A DNA stretch of 64,000 nucleotides from Eledone cirrhosa (taxonomy: Eukaryota). The DNA lies in the NCBI GenBank assembly GCA_964016885.1, contig OZ024742.1, forward strand, positions 39,184,001-39,248,000, in the 5' to 3' direction. The first letter of the stretch is position 1. Every line of letters starts with the position of its first letter. Below are positions 1 through 14,426 of the stretch, piece by piece. The notes below the pieces were generated by a model that did not search any database, was not told the origin of the DNA, and worked only from the letters and a program-made list of their open reading frames with translations. The position numbers and the translations under genes are program-made.

Positions 1-1262
1 ATTTAAGTAATGACCACTTTCTTATGTCTGTTGCCATAGAGACCTCAGAAGTCCTTGGTCTCCAAACTGCATTTTGTATCCAGCTCTCCAGACATATGGT
101 TCTGCATTAGCTACTTCTCTAAATCATTTCTCCATCAGAACATTGGCTCTCTGTCATGCGCACGCAATACTCACACACATGTACGCATGCGCTTACACGC
201 ATATTACATGTTAATTTGGTTTAAATTTGATTGCAGTTTAATATATATATATTTACTCAATACTTGAAACACAGACGCGCGCGCATACACACACACACAT
301 ATACTCACACACACACACATACACACAGATACTCACACACACACATACACACGGGGACAGACAAGCTCTCTAATTCTCTCCCTCTCACCCTCTCTCTCCC
401 TCTCATACTGACATACTTTCACATGTCTCAAGACACAGAAATACTTACACACACATACATACACACATTTATAGCAAATAATAATTTATATAATTAGGTT
501 CGAGTACAGAAAGTAAATTAAAACCAGACGTGGCTTCGTAATATTATATGCAGTTATGGTTTTGATGACGGTGGAGATGAGTGTGATGATGATGAGGATG
601 AAGGAGAGAAAGAGTATGAGGGGAAGGGGGGGGGGGAGAAGGATATGAATTTGATATTGTAGATGATTATTTTTATTTTTCTCTTTATTTACTTCGGCCA
701 AGAAAGCAGTGTCCACATTTTTACTATGTTTATTTTGTACGACTATACGTATAGAATATTTATATATTCCCTCAGTTTATTCCCACGTCAATACTTGGGC
801 CAGTACGATGATGTCTATGCTTCGATGGAAAGGTTTCATAATATCGAAACATGTCCAATATTGTCTCATCTACTTGCCGAAAAGTTTAAAATATTTTAGT
901 CATTAAGCTATGTTGTTCTTTCCTGATCATATAGCATTTCTAATTAAAGTTATAAAGCTCACTGCTTTAAATTAGCCAGAAATTCTTCAAAGGTACAAAA
1001 CAGCACCAATATAGTATCACATTGAAAAAACATTGTGGCAAATTTTCACAAGGATCTGTTCATTAGTAAAGTTGACAGATTCAGGATAATATGAGCAGGG
1101 AGGGATTTCCAGAGAGCCAATGTTCTGATGGAGAAATGATTTAGAGAAGTAGTTAATGCAGAACCATATGTCTGGAGAGCTGGATACAAAATGCAGTTTG
1201 GAGACCAAGGACTTCTGAGGTCTCTATGGCAACAGACATAAGAAAGTGGTCATTACTTAAAT
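1..1262. repeat. Inverted repeat pair, 1-153 vs 1110-1262 (left arm probably extends beyond the window)
   Basis: 1110-1262 is the reverse complement of 1-153. ORFs 55..267(+) and 1017..1208(-) share MVSKLHFVSSSPDIWFCI.YFSKSFLHQNIGSL. Confidence 0.9.
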
Positions 1263-1319
1263 AAAATTCTCAAATTTTTCTTAAATTCTTGAAATTATCT
1301 ACTGTTTCTCTTTAAAAAA

Positions 1320-4300
1320 AAAAAAAACACACCTCAGACACACAAATGAAAACAACCCCTCCCCAAAACATAACACTGACACCAACACAAAAGAGCTCAC
1401 AACAACAGCAAACAAAAAACACCACACAAAAACAAAAACATGCATACACATACATAAACACAAGAAACAAAAAACTGTTAAACATTGTGTACAACAACAA
1501 TCTAATAAAAACACAAGGGCCTAACTTCACCCAGGCAGGGGATTTCCCCCACCTCAAAATGATTAAGGCCCCACAGGACAACTATAAAACTTTAAAAAAC
1601 AACTTTAAAGAGGACGTGGGTCCCCCCTGCGTCGGGCCCATTAACCGCGTCCTCCTAAAAAACTACCCCACCGCCTCCCCAAACACCCACACAACTCCAA
1701 ACTCCCCAACCACACAACACATTGATGCCCCTACACCTCCACAAACCACCACCCCACCCAACAACCCATCCCCCACCCTAATGGAAATTGTGCAGCCCGA
1801 TACCCGGGACGCAGAGAAGTAAGTGCCTTTTCTCTTCACCACCAACATGGCCATGCTAAGAGTAGGCTGTTTAAATGCGCGTGGCCTGGGCTCAACTTGG
1901 AAGCAAGCAATGCTTCTAAATGACCTCAGGTCACAACGTACAGATGTGATGGTTATTTGCGAGGCCCGGATCAGCAACGTGCGACAGCTGGCCCCCCCAC
2001 CTTTGATGACTTTGAGATGCACGCATCTCTCTGTCAGCCCGGAGGTGGGGGTGGGGTTGTCGTTCTGCTGCAAAAACATCTGGGTCTCGCAACACAGATG
2101 GTACATTTGAACCCGGAGGGTCGACTAGTGGTTCTGGACCTTGGCAGTGGTAAAGGCGGAGCGTTTAGGTTGGTAGCCGCCTACGGCCCTTTCGGGTCAA
2201 TGCGGCCGGACTTCTTCCATCGTCTGGAGACTTTTCTAGGGACGTCCCGCTCCTTGCTATTAGTGGGGGACTGGAATGGTATCCTAGATGCACGCTGGGA
2301 CTACGTAGGGGCCTGTCCCGATAGAGAGGGGTGTAATAGCCTCAAAGGGTTAATCGGTCGATTTGACCTGGCCGATAGATATCGACTAGATTTTCCGACT
2401 GCGCCAACCTGGACTTGGGAAAATCGTAGCGGATCATCTAGGTCGTACCTAGATAGGTTCTTAGTTAGAATTAAGGATAAGGACTTTTTAAGTTGTCCAA
2501 AAATGCGCATGGTTGGCTATTCAGACCACAAGTTAGTGACCTGCATGGTCAACCTTGACAGAACTCATAGACAGGGACCCAGTGACTGGAAGCTCAACTT
2601 GTCCTTACCGGCAAGTAAGGCTTATAGGGACCGGATTAGCACTTTAGTTAAGGAGCGGTTGACGGGCGCCATCGTCAACAGCAGGTGGTGGGGATCTCTC
2701 AAAAGAGAGATTAGAGTAGTCTCTATAGAATTTAGTAAGGAGTTAGCCTCAAATAGAAATAGGAAGGAAAGGGAGTTGGTAGATAGTGTAGAAGAGGCAA
2801 TTAGAAGCGGCGACGTGGCCAGAGTGCTAGCGTCGAGAACGGCCCTGGGCCAGTTCTTCGACGCGAAACACGAAGGCTGCATCGTCCGAAGCAAAATACG
2901 TGCTCTGGGAAACGAGGGGACCAAAGCCGTTAGCTGGGCCCGCGTGACAGAAGCCAAAAGAGGGAGCAGATCCACTATCCGGTCTTTGCGAGACCAGGAT
3001 GGACGGGTGATCCTTGAACCTAAGCAGATCTGCGAGGCCTTTCAAAAGCACTTTGCCGGATTGTTCGGAAGGGGCGGGGAGCCGGTTGGGGATGTGGACT
3101 TCGATCCATACCTCGACAGCCTGCCGCGTCTCTCGGACAGGGAGGCGAAGTCCTGCGAGGAGCCGATTTCAGCCGCTGAGATAGAGGACGTGCTGAGCCA
3201 ATGCGGCAAACGCAAATCCCCGGGTCTCGATGGTCTTCCATACGAACTATATCTAGCTATGCCGGACTTGTTCCCCGATCTCCTCGAGGCGGTCTACTGC
3301 AACTGGCAACAGAACGGGAGAATTCCCTGTGCTATGACCAAGGGCGTAGTCACGCTAGTGAGGAAGGACGAGAACAAGGGGGACGATATAAATAATTTCA
3401 GGCCCATAACTCTGCTAAATACAGAGTTACAGATTTTGGCCAAGGTGCTAGCAAAGAGGTTGGCGCTTGTCGTGGGCAACCTGGTGGGAGATGCACAGAC
3501 ATGTGCAATCCCGTCCAGGTCCATCCACGACAACCTCCACCTCATGCGATACATCATAGAGAGGGTTGGGAACGAACCCGGCTTTGGTGGGGGCCCTGAT
3601 CAACTTGGATCAATCTAAGGCATTCGATAGGGTCGACCATGGTTACCTGGATGCGGTGCTAGCGGCGGCAGGCTTCGGACCCGTTTTCAGGGGCTGGATC
3701 AATGCCATGCACAGCAGCCGCATCTGCTCTAGGGGCAAGGTGAACGGCTACCTCTCGGAGCCGTTCGAAATCGCGCGGTCCATCCGACAGGGGTGCCCTC
3801 TCTCCTCCCTTCTGTATGTAATGACTCTAGAGCCACTGCTGCGGAAGTTGGAGTTGTTGCAGGGCATCCCGTTGGAACCGGGATTGCGGAAAGCGTTGTC
3901 AGCCTACGCCGATGATGTAACAGTAATGGTGTCGACGGCCTCGGAAATCAGGGCAATCGGCACCTTACTGGAGGAGTACGAAAGGTTTACAGGGGCTAAG
4001 CTGAACCGGGACAAGTCGATCGGTCTGCAACTCGGCACGTGGAGGGGCAGATCGATGCCCTCCGATGGCGTCGTCGGGCGCTGGACGGAGGGCCCGGTGA
4101 AGTTGCTCGGGGTCTGGTTCGGACCAGACCTCCAGGTGGAGAAGAACTGGGGTGAGGTAACGAACAGGGTGTTTGCACTGACCCAGAAGTGGGCCGAGTG
4201 TAAACTGTCCCTGAAAGGTCGGGCGGAGGTGGCGAACACTTATATAGCGTCCGTCATCTACTACCGCCTGACCGTTGTGCCTTGCCCAAGGGAAACGCTC

Positions 4301-5550
4301 GCCAAAATGGAGCGCGCACTCTTCCAATTCCTTTGGAAGAAGCGGGCTCCTATGGTGAGGAGATCCATCTGCTGTTAACACGCTTCAAAAGGAAGGCTGT
4401 GGATGCCGTGGCTAATGATACGTAAACACGCATTAAGGCTACGGCACCTTCAGGTATTCCTCTCCGGTCAACCGGTGAGGGCCCCGTTTGTGAGGCGAGC
4501 CTTTCCCAGACTCGTCTCACTCACCGAGCTGCAATCCTGGGTCAAGCAAAGACCGAGAAAACTGGGCGCCTGGCACACCGAGTGTGCCCAGGCGCTCACG
4601 GCTCTCTGGCAGGCGGACCCGGATGTCAGTGGAGAATCCACCTCGTCATTCTATAGAGGGCTGATGGTTAGCAGGTGCGACGACGCCCTCGGAGAAGCCC
4701 TAGGCATGGAGGAAGACGAACTGGCCAACCTGTTCGGTAGGACATTCAGCCCGGGACCCATGGATAAGTTCCAGAGGTCCCTGGCCTGGCAATGCTACAG
4801 AAGGGCTCTGCCCGTTCGAGAAAGGCTCTACAGACACGGGCGCCCGGGTAGGGACCCTCGAAAAAGATCTGTCCCAGATGCATGTGCGACGAGGAAACCG
4901 TTGCACACGCATTGGTACACTGCTCGGGCATTGCCAATCTGTGGGGCTATGTCGAACAACTGCTGTCAAGGGTGGGACCGATCCGGTTGATCACCGAGTC
5001 TATTGTAACGATCAAGCCGCCTCCCCTCTTCAAAAACGAAGAAGAGGCGGTGTTTCTGTGCGTAATAGCCATGGCGAAAGAGGTTGTATGGTGGACACGT
5101 CTGAAAGGACTGAGGTCAGACACCTTTCTCTCTGGCCAACAACTGGTCCGTTTCTTCCGATATCATTTCGGAAGAAGGATCAGGATGGAGAGAGAGGTGC
5201 TGCACCCCAGCCGTTTTTATGAAAGATGGGTGAAAGTGGCGAGAATGGCCTGTGTGAATGGGGCTTCACTCTACATCAGACTATAGGTGAGGAAGATGAA
5301 AGACCAAGGGAGCACCCCTTCTCTGTGCTCCTGAGGAAAAGGGTTGCACACTTTTTTCGGGGGTGTGTGCGACCCCCCAAGGCGCCTCCTCTCTATTGAG
5401 GACTTTGTTAAAAATTTTATTTTTTGTTATATTTTATTTTATTTTTATATATTGTTATTGCCTCCTCCTTATTGAGGACGCCTTGTTTTGTAAACTCCCC
5501 CCATTGTACTTGTCCCACTTTTGATGCCCTGGTGGCAAATAAAAGAAACA
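1320..5550 (+). mobile_element. L1/Tx1-clade non-LTR retrotransposon copy 1, 5'-truncated within ORF1, ORF2 disrupted
   Basis: ORF1 C-terminus 1346-1822 is homologous to ORF1 of copy 6. ORF2 carries APE, RT and CCHC motifs in pieces. 3' UTR has AATAAA at 5538, then (TATC)4. Confidence 0.93.
1847..5286 (+). pseudogene. Disrupted ORF2 (APE endonuclease, reverse transcriptase, CCHC finger)
   Basis: Motifs LNARGL, GDWN, YLDR, SDH, QGCPLS, YADD. Frameshifts near 1995, 3590 and 4860, and a stop at 4376-4378. Confidence 0.9.
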
Positions 5551-5567
5551 TATCTATCTATCTATCT

Positions 5568-8348
5568 GTTCTAGCTGCGGATAGGAATAGGAAGGAAAGA
5601 GAGCTAATAGATAGAGTAGAAGAGGCAATTAGAAGCGGCGACGTGGCCAGAGTGCTAGCGTCGAGAACGGCTTTGAGCCAGTTTTTCGACGCGAAGCACG
5701 AAGGCTGCGTTGTCCGAAGTAAAATACGTGCTCTAGGGAACGAGGGGACCAAAGCTGTTAGCTGGGCCCGCGTGACAGAGGCCAACAGTGGAACTAAATC
5801 CACCATCCGGTCTTTGCGAGACCTGGATGGACGGGCGATTCTTGAGCCTAAGCGGATGTGTGAGGCCTTTCAAAGGCACTTTGCCCGACTGTTCGGGAGG
5901 GGCGGGGAGCCGGTTGGGAACGTGGACTTCGGTCCATACCTCGACGGCCTGCCGCGCCTCTCGGACAGGGAGGCGAAGTCCTGCGAGGAGCCGATTTCGG
6001 CCGCTGAGATAGAGGACGTGCTGAGCCAATGCGGCAAACGCAAATCCCCGGGTCTCGATGGTCTTCCTTACGAATTATATCTAGCTATGCCGGACTTGTT
6101 CCCCGATCTCCTCGAGGCGGTCTACTGCAACTGGCAACAGAACGGGAGAATTCCCTGTGCTGTGACCAAGGGCGTAGTCACGCTAGTGAGGAAGGACGAG
6201 AACAAGGGGGACGAAATAAGTAACTTCAGGCCCATAACACTGCTAAATACAGAGTTACAGATTTTGGCCAAGGTGCTAGCAAAGAGGTTGGCGCTTGTCG
6301 TGGGCAACCTGGTGGGAGATGCGCAGACATGCGCTATCCCGTCCAGGTCCATCCATGACAACCTCCACCTCATGCGATACATCATAGAGAGGGTTGGGAA
6401 CGAACCCGGCTTTGGTGGGGCTCTGATCAACTTGGATCAATCTAAGGCGTTCGATAGGGTCGACCATGGTTACCTGGATGCGGTGCTAGCGGCGGAAGGC
6501 TTCGGACCCGTTTTCAGGGGCTGGATCACTGCTATGCACAGCAGCCGCATCTGCTCTAGGGTCAAGGTGAACGGCTACCTCTCGGAGCCGTTCAAAATCG
6601 CGCGGTCCATCCGACAAGGGTGCCCTCTCTCCTCCCTTCTGTATGTGTTGACTCTCGAGCCACTACTGCGGAAGTTGGAGTTGTTGCAGGGCATCCCTTT
6701 GGAACCGGGATTGCGGAAAGCGGTGTCGGCCTACGCCGATGACGTGACAGTAATGGTGTCGACGGCCTCCGAAATCGAGGCGGTCGGCACCTTACTGGAG
6801 GAGTACGAAAAGTTCACAGGGGCTAAGCTGAACCGGGACAAGTCGATCGGTTTGCAACTCGGCACGTGGAGGGGCAGACCGATGCCCTCCGATGGCGTCG
6901 TCGGGCGCTGTACGGAGGGCCCGGTGAAGTTGCTCGGGGTCTGGTTCGGACCGGACCTCCAGGTGGAGAAAAACTGGGCGGAGGTTACGAACAGGGTGTT
7001 TGCACTGACCCAGAAGTGGGCCAGTTGCAAACTATCCCTGAAAGGTCGGGCGGAGGTGGCGAACACCTACATAGCGTCCGTCATCTACTACCGCCTGACC
7101 GTAGTGCCCTGCCCAAGGGAAACCCTCACCAAGATGGAGCGCGCGCTCTTCCAATTCCTTTGGAAGAGGCGGGCTCCTATGGTGAGGAGATCCATCTGCT
7201 GTCAACACCCTTCGAAAGGAGGGCTGGGGATGCCGTGGCTAATGATGCGTAAACACGCATTAAGGCTACGGAACCTCTACGTATTCCTCACCGGACAACC
7301 GGTGTGGGCCTCGTTTGTGAGACGAACCTTTCCCAGACTCGTCTCACTCACCGAGCTGCAATCCTGGGTCAAGCAAAGACCGAGAAAACTGGGCGCCTGG
7401 CACACTGAGTGTGCCCAGGCGCTCACCGCCCTCTGGCAGGCGGATCCGGTTATCAGTGGAGACTCCACCGCAACATTCTATAGAGGGCTGGTACGCAGCA
7501 GGTGCGACGACGCCCTCGGAGAAGCCCTAGACATGGAGGAGGACGAACTGGCCAGCCTGTTCGGTAGGACATTCAGCCCGGGACCTATGGACAACTTCCA
7601 GAAGTCCCTGGCCTGGCAGTGCTACCGAGGGGCTTTACCCGTTCGAGAAAGGCTCTACAGACACGGGCGCCCGGGTAGGAACCCCGCCAAAAAGATCTGT
7701 CCCAGATGCGTGTGCGACGAGGAAACCGTTGCACACGCATTGGTACACTGCTCGGGCGTAGCCGATCTGTGGGGCTATGTCGAACAACTGCTGTCAAGGG
7801 TGGGACCGATCCGGTTGACCACCGAGTCTATTGTAATGATCAAGCCGCCTCCCCCCTTCAAAGATGAAGCAGAGGCGGTGTTTCTGTGCGTAATAGCCAT
7901 GGCGAAAGAGGTTGTATGGTGGACGCGTCTGAAAGGACTGAGGTCAGGCACCTTTCTCTCTGGCCAACAACTGGTCCGTTTCTTCCGTTATCATTTCGGA
8001 AGAAGGATCAGGATGGAGAGAGAGGTGCTGCACCCCAGCCGTTTCTATGAAAGATGGGTGAAAGTGGCGAGAATGGCCCGTGTGAATGGGCCTTCACTCT
8101 ACATCAGACTATAGGTGAGGAAGATGAAAGACCAAGGGAGCACCCCTTCTCTGTGCTCCTGAGGAGAAGGGTTGCACACTTTTTTCGGGGGTGTATTGAG
8201 GATTTTGTTATAAATTTTATCTTGTTATATTTTATTTTATTTTTATATTTTGTTATTGCCCCCTCCTTATTGAGGACGCCTTGTTATGTAAACTCCCCCC
8301 ATTGTACTTGTCCCACTTTCTGATGCCCTGGTGGCAAATAAAAAGAAA

Positions 8349-8350
<2 letters not shown>
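5568..8350 (+). mobile_element. L1/Tx1 copy 2, 5'-truncated; RT to C-terminus open (stop at 8114)
   Basis: Starts gttctagctgcggatagg (matches 59501 of copy 6) right after the TATC tract of copy 1. Contains YADD and [18 protein letters not shown]. Ends at AATAAA plus (TATC)n. Confidence 0.93.

Positions 8351-8442
<92 letters not shown>
8351..8442. repeat. (TATC)n/(GATA)n microsatellite between LINE copies 2 and 3
   Basis: About 23 perfect TATC units. Confidence 0.97.
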
Positions 8443-8732
8443 AGACGTGTGTAACTTCGCGGAGAAGTTTCCGTTAATTTATGTAAGAAAAAACACGTGA
8501 GTTTTCAGTTAAATTTTATATTATTGTGTAACTTGACCTCCGGTCTGGACCTTCAGGTGGTGGGTCAACTAATTTTCGCCCCTAAAGGGGCGAAATATTC
8601 GTCTGAAAAATTTTTTCTCCATCGAATTTTGGAAAAAAAATATTATAAGTTTGATTACGTTATGGTGGTGGAGAGTCGGTAAGACTACAGAGCTCGCAGT
8701 CAACATCGTTTTCTTCCATAGATACTATAGAG

Positions 8733-10555
8733 ATGGAAAGACGAAATGAAAATGTAAAAACAAATTCATATCCAAACAACACAAATGACACCAAACAGTT
8801 CAATGACAACAAAAATAACAGCAACACCAATAATGATGATAAAAACAACAATGATAACAACAACAAAGAAAAAAATAAAGACAACACCAATAACACCAGC
8901 ATCAAAGACAACAACAACACCAACACCAACACCAAGGAAAATACGAATAATATCAACATCGGTGACAACAAGAATAACAACAAGAATAACAACAACAATA
9001 ACAACAATAATGACAACACCACCAACACGGATAATTCCACAAAGAAACCAAAAATCTCCTTTGCACAGACAGTTCAGAAAAAGGAGGAACTGAAATATCT
9101 CGACATAACAAATGCCGAACAACTTTTAAAGGACGCTAGGAGATATGTCACTTTCGAAAAAAAATGGTGCTTTCAGCATCAATTCTCCGGTAGAAATTCG
9201 CAAGGGAAACTGCTCTCAAAACGATAGTTTTGAGGACAGTTGTCACAGAAAGAAATTGAACTGGTTTTCAAAAATTCAATGAATGATATTTCATTCATTC
9301 AAAGAAGCAAACTCTTTGGGAGTATTTCGGTACTCATGAAGGATCAATTGACGGCTCAAAATTACTCTGTGTCGCCAATTGTATCCAACCTGTATACCTT
9401 TTTCCCTACATACATGGGAAAAAGGACACAAAAGATCAAAATCACGAGTGTCACACCAAAGGTGAACATATGGTGGATACTGTGCGGCTTCATCAATTTT
9501 GATGAAGACAGAATAGTGTCAGTAGGAAAGTCCCCCAGAGATGTATTCAATGGGATTAGCATTGAAGCTCTGGTGCAAATGAGCCCAGAGCGAATAGCTA
9601 TGATCCCACAACGTGTACTCCTGGACGGACTCACCTACATAAACTTTTCGGTTGAGGGTAGGCGGCCTTCATGTTACCATTGCTTTAGAAGGGGTCATCC
9701 GAGGGCTTCCTGTCCTAAATTAATGAGTAAAAAAAAGGCTCTTCTGCCGACACCCATCAAAACAACACAACCACCAATACCACCACAACAACAACAACAC
9801 CAACACACAAAAATAACCACAACAAACACAGTCCCACCCAACCCCACTCCACCTAAAACCACTGCAAAATCACATACAGACACAACAGCTCCCCAAGACA
9901 TACCCCTCCCCAATCACACAGACGATACAACAGATGAGGCTATCTCGCTATCACCCAGTGAAGACGAAGGAGAACCCCATCGCTCGAAAAGAAAGAAAAG
10001 ACACCACAAAAGCAAAAAACCAGCAAACACTACCACAAATATACAACCACCAACACAAACAACAAAAAAATCACAAACAAAACCCCCACCTCCTGAAAAC
10101 AAAATACCTACAACAAAACGAAAGCACACACAAGAACTACAGACAAAAACAAACACAACATAAGAAAATTACACTTACACTTACATAAACACTGAAAACA
10201 AAACACTAATGGAGACCATCACGAACGACCCTTCGGTTTTCACCGAAGGGAAAACTTTCGCCCACTCTATTAAAAATAGCAAAAAACTGAACCTAAAACT
10301 GATTAGGGTCCCTATACAAACTTATAGGTCCCTAAAAGAAACATTTGAGAAGGATGTGGTGAATTCCTGAGTGAAACCACTTAACCGCGTCCCTCTCAAA
10401 TGACTCCCCACCCCAGACACCCCCATCCCACCAGACCCACCCCACCAAACATCTCCGTCCCCAGCCCGCCGGAAACCACCACCCATCCAGACAACCCCTC
10501 CAACACCCCCATGGAAATCGTGCGGCCTGGTCCCCAGGAGACAAAGGGTGAGTGA
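8733..10555 (+). pseudogene. Disrupted ORF1 (Gag-like, CCHC zinc knuckle)
   Basis: ORFs 8733..9227 and 9240..10163 align to ORF1 of copy 6 (YTFFPTYMGK, VEGRRPSCY). Confidence 0.85.
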
Positions 10556-10588
10556 TCTCTTTTCCTCTTTTAACTTTTCAGCACCAAC

Positions 10589-13500
10589 ATGGCCAATATA
10601 AGAGTTGGATGTGTGAACGTACGCGGCCTGGGGATGCCCTGGAAACAGGGCAAACTCTTAAACGACCTCAGGTCGCACAGTATGGATGTGGTAGCCATTT
10701 GCGAGTCCAGGATCCTCAGCGAGCGACAGCTTGCCCCCCATCTTCGATGACTTTGAGATCTACGCATCTCTCTGTCAACCGGGGTGTGGGGTGGGGGCGG
10801 AGTTGCCGTTTTGCTGCGGAAACACCTGGGCCTCGTAACACAGACGGTACATCTGGAACCGGAGGGTCGACTGGTGGTCCTAGACGTTGACGGTAGTGAA
10901 GGTGGAGCCTTCAGGCTGGTGGCCGCATATGCCCCATCCGGGACACCGCGGCCAGACTTCTTCAAACGTCTAGAGACTTTTCTGGGAACGTCCTGCTCCT
11001 TGCTTTTAGTGGGGGGACTGGAATGGAATCCTAGATGCACGTTGGGACTATGTGGGAAAATGTCCCGATAAAGGGGGGTGTAACAACCCCAAACAGTTAA
11101 TCGACCGATTTGACCTAGCCGATAGATATCGACTAGATTTTCCGACTGTGCCACTGTGGACGTGGACTAATCTCAGCGGAACATCTAGATCGTACCTAGA
11201 TAGGGTTCTCGTTAGAAATAAGGATAGGGACATGTTAAGCTGTCCACAAATGTTCATGGTTGCCTATTCAGATCACAAACTAGTGACCTGCATGGCCAAC
11301 CTTGATAGAACCCATAGACAAGGACCCGGCTACTGGAAGCTGAACTTGTCGTTACCGACAAGCAAAGCCTACAGTAGACGGATTAGCACTTTAGTTAAAC
11401 AGCACTTGACAGGGGCCATTGTCAACAACAGATGGTGGTACTCTCTCGAGAGGGCAGTTAGATTAGACTCGTTATTTTTTAGTAAAGAATTAGTGTTAGA
11501 TAGAAATAGAACCGAGAAGGAACTGGTAGATAAAGTAGAAGAGGCAATTAGAAGTGGCAACGTAGCCAGCGTGCTAGCAACGAGAACGGCCTTGGACCAG
11601 TTCTTCGACGCAAAGCACGAGGGCTGCGTTGTCAGAAGCAAAATACGTGCTCTGGGAAACGAGGGAGCCAAAGCTGTTAGCTGGGCCCGAGTGACGGAGG
11701 CAAAAAGTGGCAACAAGTCCACGATTTGGTCTTTGAAGGACGAAAACGGACGCGTGATACGTGAGCCGAAGCAGATATGTGCGGCCTTTCAGCGGCACTT
11801 TGCTCAACTGTTCGGGCGGGGCGGGGCGCCGGGAGGGGCTATGAATTTCGGTCCATACCTCGACGGCCTACCGCGACTCTCGGACAGCGAAACAAGGTTC
11901 TGCGAAAAGTCGATTTCAGCCGCTGAGATAGGGGACGCGCTGAGCCAATGCGGTAAACGCAAATCTCCAGGTCTCGACGGTCTACCCTACGAATTTTACG
12001 TAGCAATGCCGGACTTATTCTCCGGTCTCCTGGAAGGGGTCTACTGCAACTGGCAACAGAACGGTAGAATTCCCAGTTCTGTAACCGGGGGCGTAGTCAC
12101 ACTAGTCAGGAAGGACGAGAATAAGGGGGATGAAATAAGCAACTTCCGGCCCATAACTCTGCTAAACACAGAGTTACGGATTTTGGCCAAGGTGTTGGCA
12201 AAGAGGCTGGCGCTTGTCGTCGAGAACCTGGGGGGGGGGGGGGAGAAGCGCAGACATGCGCAATCCCGACCAGGTCCATACACGACAAGCTCCACCTCAT
12301 GCGATACATCATAGAGAGAGTAGGGTGCAAACCCGGCTTCGGTGGGGCCCTGTTCAACTTGGATCAGTCTAAGGCTTTCGATAGGGTCGACCATCGTTAC
12401 CTGGAAGCGGTGCTCGAGGCGGAAGGCTTCGGACCCGTGTTCAGGAGCTGGATTGCTGCAATGCACAACAGCAACATCTGCTCAAGGGTCAAGGTGAACG
12501 GCTACCTCTCGGAGCCGTTCCATATTACGCGATCCATTCGACAGGGATGCCCTCTCTCCTCCCTTCTGTACGTACTGACTCTCGAGCCACTACTGCGGAA
12601 GTTGGAGCTATTGCAGGGCATCCCTCTGGAACCGGGACTGCGGAAAGCGGCGTAGGCCTACGCCGACGACGTGACAGTAATGATGTCGAGCGCCTCGCAA
12701 ATCGAGGATTTCGGCACCTTACTGAAGGAATACGAAAGTTTCACAGGAGCGAAGCTGAACCGGGACAAGTCTATCGGTTTGCAACTCGGATCGTGGAGAG
12801 GAGGCAAACCGATGCCTTCCGATGGCGTCGTCGGACGCTAGACGGAAGGACCGGTAAAGCTGCTCGGGGTCTGGTTTGGTCCGGACCTCCAGGTGGAGAA
12901 GAACTGGAACGAAGTGACGGCCACGGTGTATGCACTCACCCAGAAGTGGGCCGAGTGCAAACTATCCTTGAAAGGTCGAGCGGAGGTGGCGAACACTTTT
13001 ATAGCGTCCGCCATCTATTACCGCTTGACCGTCGTGCCTTGTCCAGCCAAAACGCTCGCCAAAATGGAGCGCGCGCTCTTCCAATTCCTTTGGAAGAGGC
13101 GGGGTCCTTTGGTGAGAAGATCCATCTGCTGCCAACACCCTTCTAACGGAGGGCTGGGGATGCCGTGGTTGACGCTGCGCAAACACGCGATCAGGCTGCG
13201 GCATCTCTACGTATTCCTCACCGGACAACCGGTGTGGGCCCCGTTCGTGAGGCGAGCCTTCCCACGACTCGTCTCGCTGACCGAGCTGCAGTCCTGGGTC
13301 AAGCAAAGACCGAGGAAAATGGGTGACTGGCACATCGAATGTGCTCAGGCGCTCACAGCCCTCTAGCAGGCGGACCCGACGATCAGTGGAGACTCCACTT
13401 CGTCATTCTATAGAGGGTTGATCCGCAGCAAGTGCGACGACGTGCTCGGTGAAACTCTAGGAGTAGAGGAAGATGAACTGGCCAGTCTGTTCGGTAGGAC

Positions 13501-14044
13501 CTTCCTCCCGAGACCGATGGACAACTTCCAAAAGTCCCTGGCCTGGCAGTGCTACCGAGGAGCTCTACCAGTTCGAGACAAGCTCTACAGACATGGGCGC
13601 CCGGGCAGGGACCCTGCAAAAAAGATCTGTCCGAGGTGCGTGCGAGACGAAGAAACCATCGCGCACGCATTCATACACTGCCCGGGCGTCACCGACCTGT
13701 GGGGCTATGTAGAACGACTATTGTCGCGGGTGGGACCAATCCGGTTGACCACCGAGTCCATTGTCATGATCAAACCGCCACCCTCCTTCAAAAACGAAGG
13801 AGAGGCGGTTTTCCTTTGTGTGATAGCTATGGCGAAAGAGGTTGTATGGTGGACAAGGTTGAAAGGGCTGAGGTCAGACACCTTTCTCTCCGGACAACAA
13901 CTGATTCTTATTTTCAAATACCACTTTGGAAGAAGAATCAGGATGGAGAGAGAGGTGCTGTACCCCAGCAAGTTTTATGAAAGGTGGGTGAAAGTGGCGA
14001 GAATGGCCCGAGTGAATGGGCCTTCTCTCTATATCAGCCTGTAG
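10589..14044 (+). pseudogene. Disrupted ORF2 of copy 3
   Basis: Fragments 10784..11071, 11052..12314, 12299..12655, 12893..13366 and 13418..14044 are colinear with the intact ORF2. Confidence 0.9.
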
Positions 14045-14345
14045 GTTGAGGAAAAGGAGGAGGAGAGGAACGGTGTACAAACTCTTCGTACTCCTGGAGA
14101 TGAGGGTTGCACATTTTTTCGGGGGTGTGTTACCCATATGAACTGTCTCCCCATATTGGGGAAAATTGACTAATTTTTAAATTGCATTTGTGATAATATT
14201 TTAAACGTTTTTATTGTATGTAAACTTCCCCCTTTGTATTTGTCTCCTTCTTTTGTGCCCCTGTGGCTAATAAAGAAACATATCTATCTATATCTATCTA
14301 TCTATCTATCTATTTATTTTGTGTGTGTGTGTGTATCTATGTAAG

Positions 14346-14426
<81 letters not shown>

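Larger units (their letters stand above)
8443..14280 (+). mobile_element. L1/Tx1 copy 3, full-length but degenerate, divergent subfamily
   Basis: 5' UTR from 8443. Broken ORF1 with Asn-rich N-terminus and zinc knuckle CYHCFRRGHPRASC. ORF2 from ATG 10589 to 14044 with several frameshifts and stops. AATAAA at 14269, then TATC repeats. Confidence 0.92.

Noticed and set aside
5424-8114. 896-aa ORF with hydrophobic N-terminus (similarly 54897..56222 and 62124..63494)
   Set aside because: The N-terminus is the previous element's 3' UTR and microsatellite read in frame from a non-ATG start. It is a chance fusion, not a gene.
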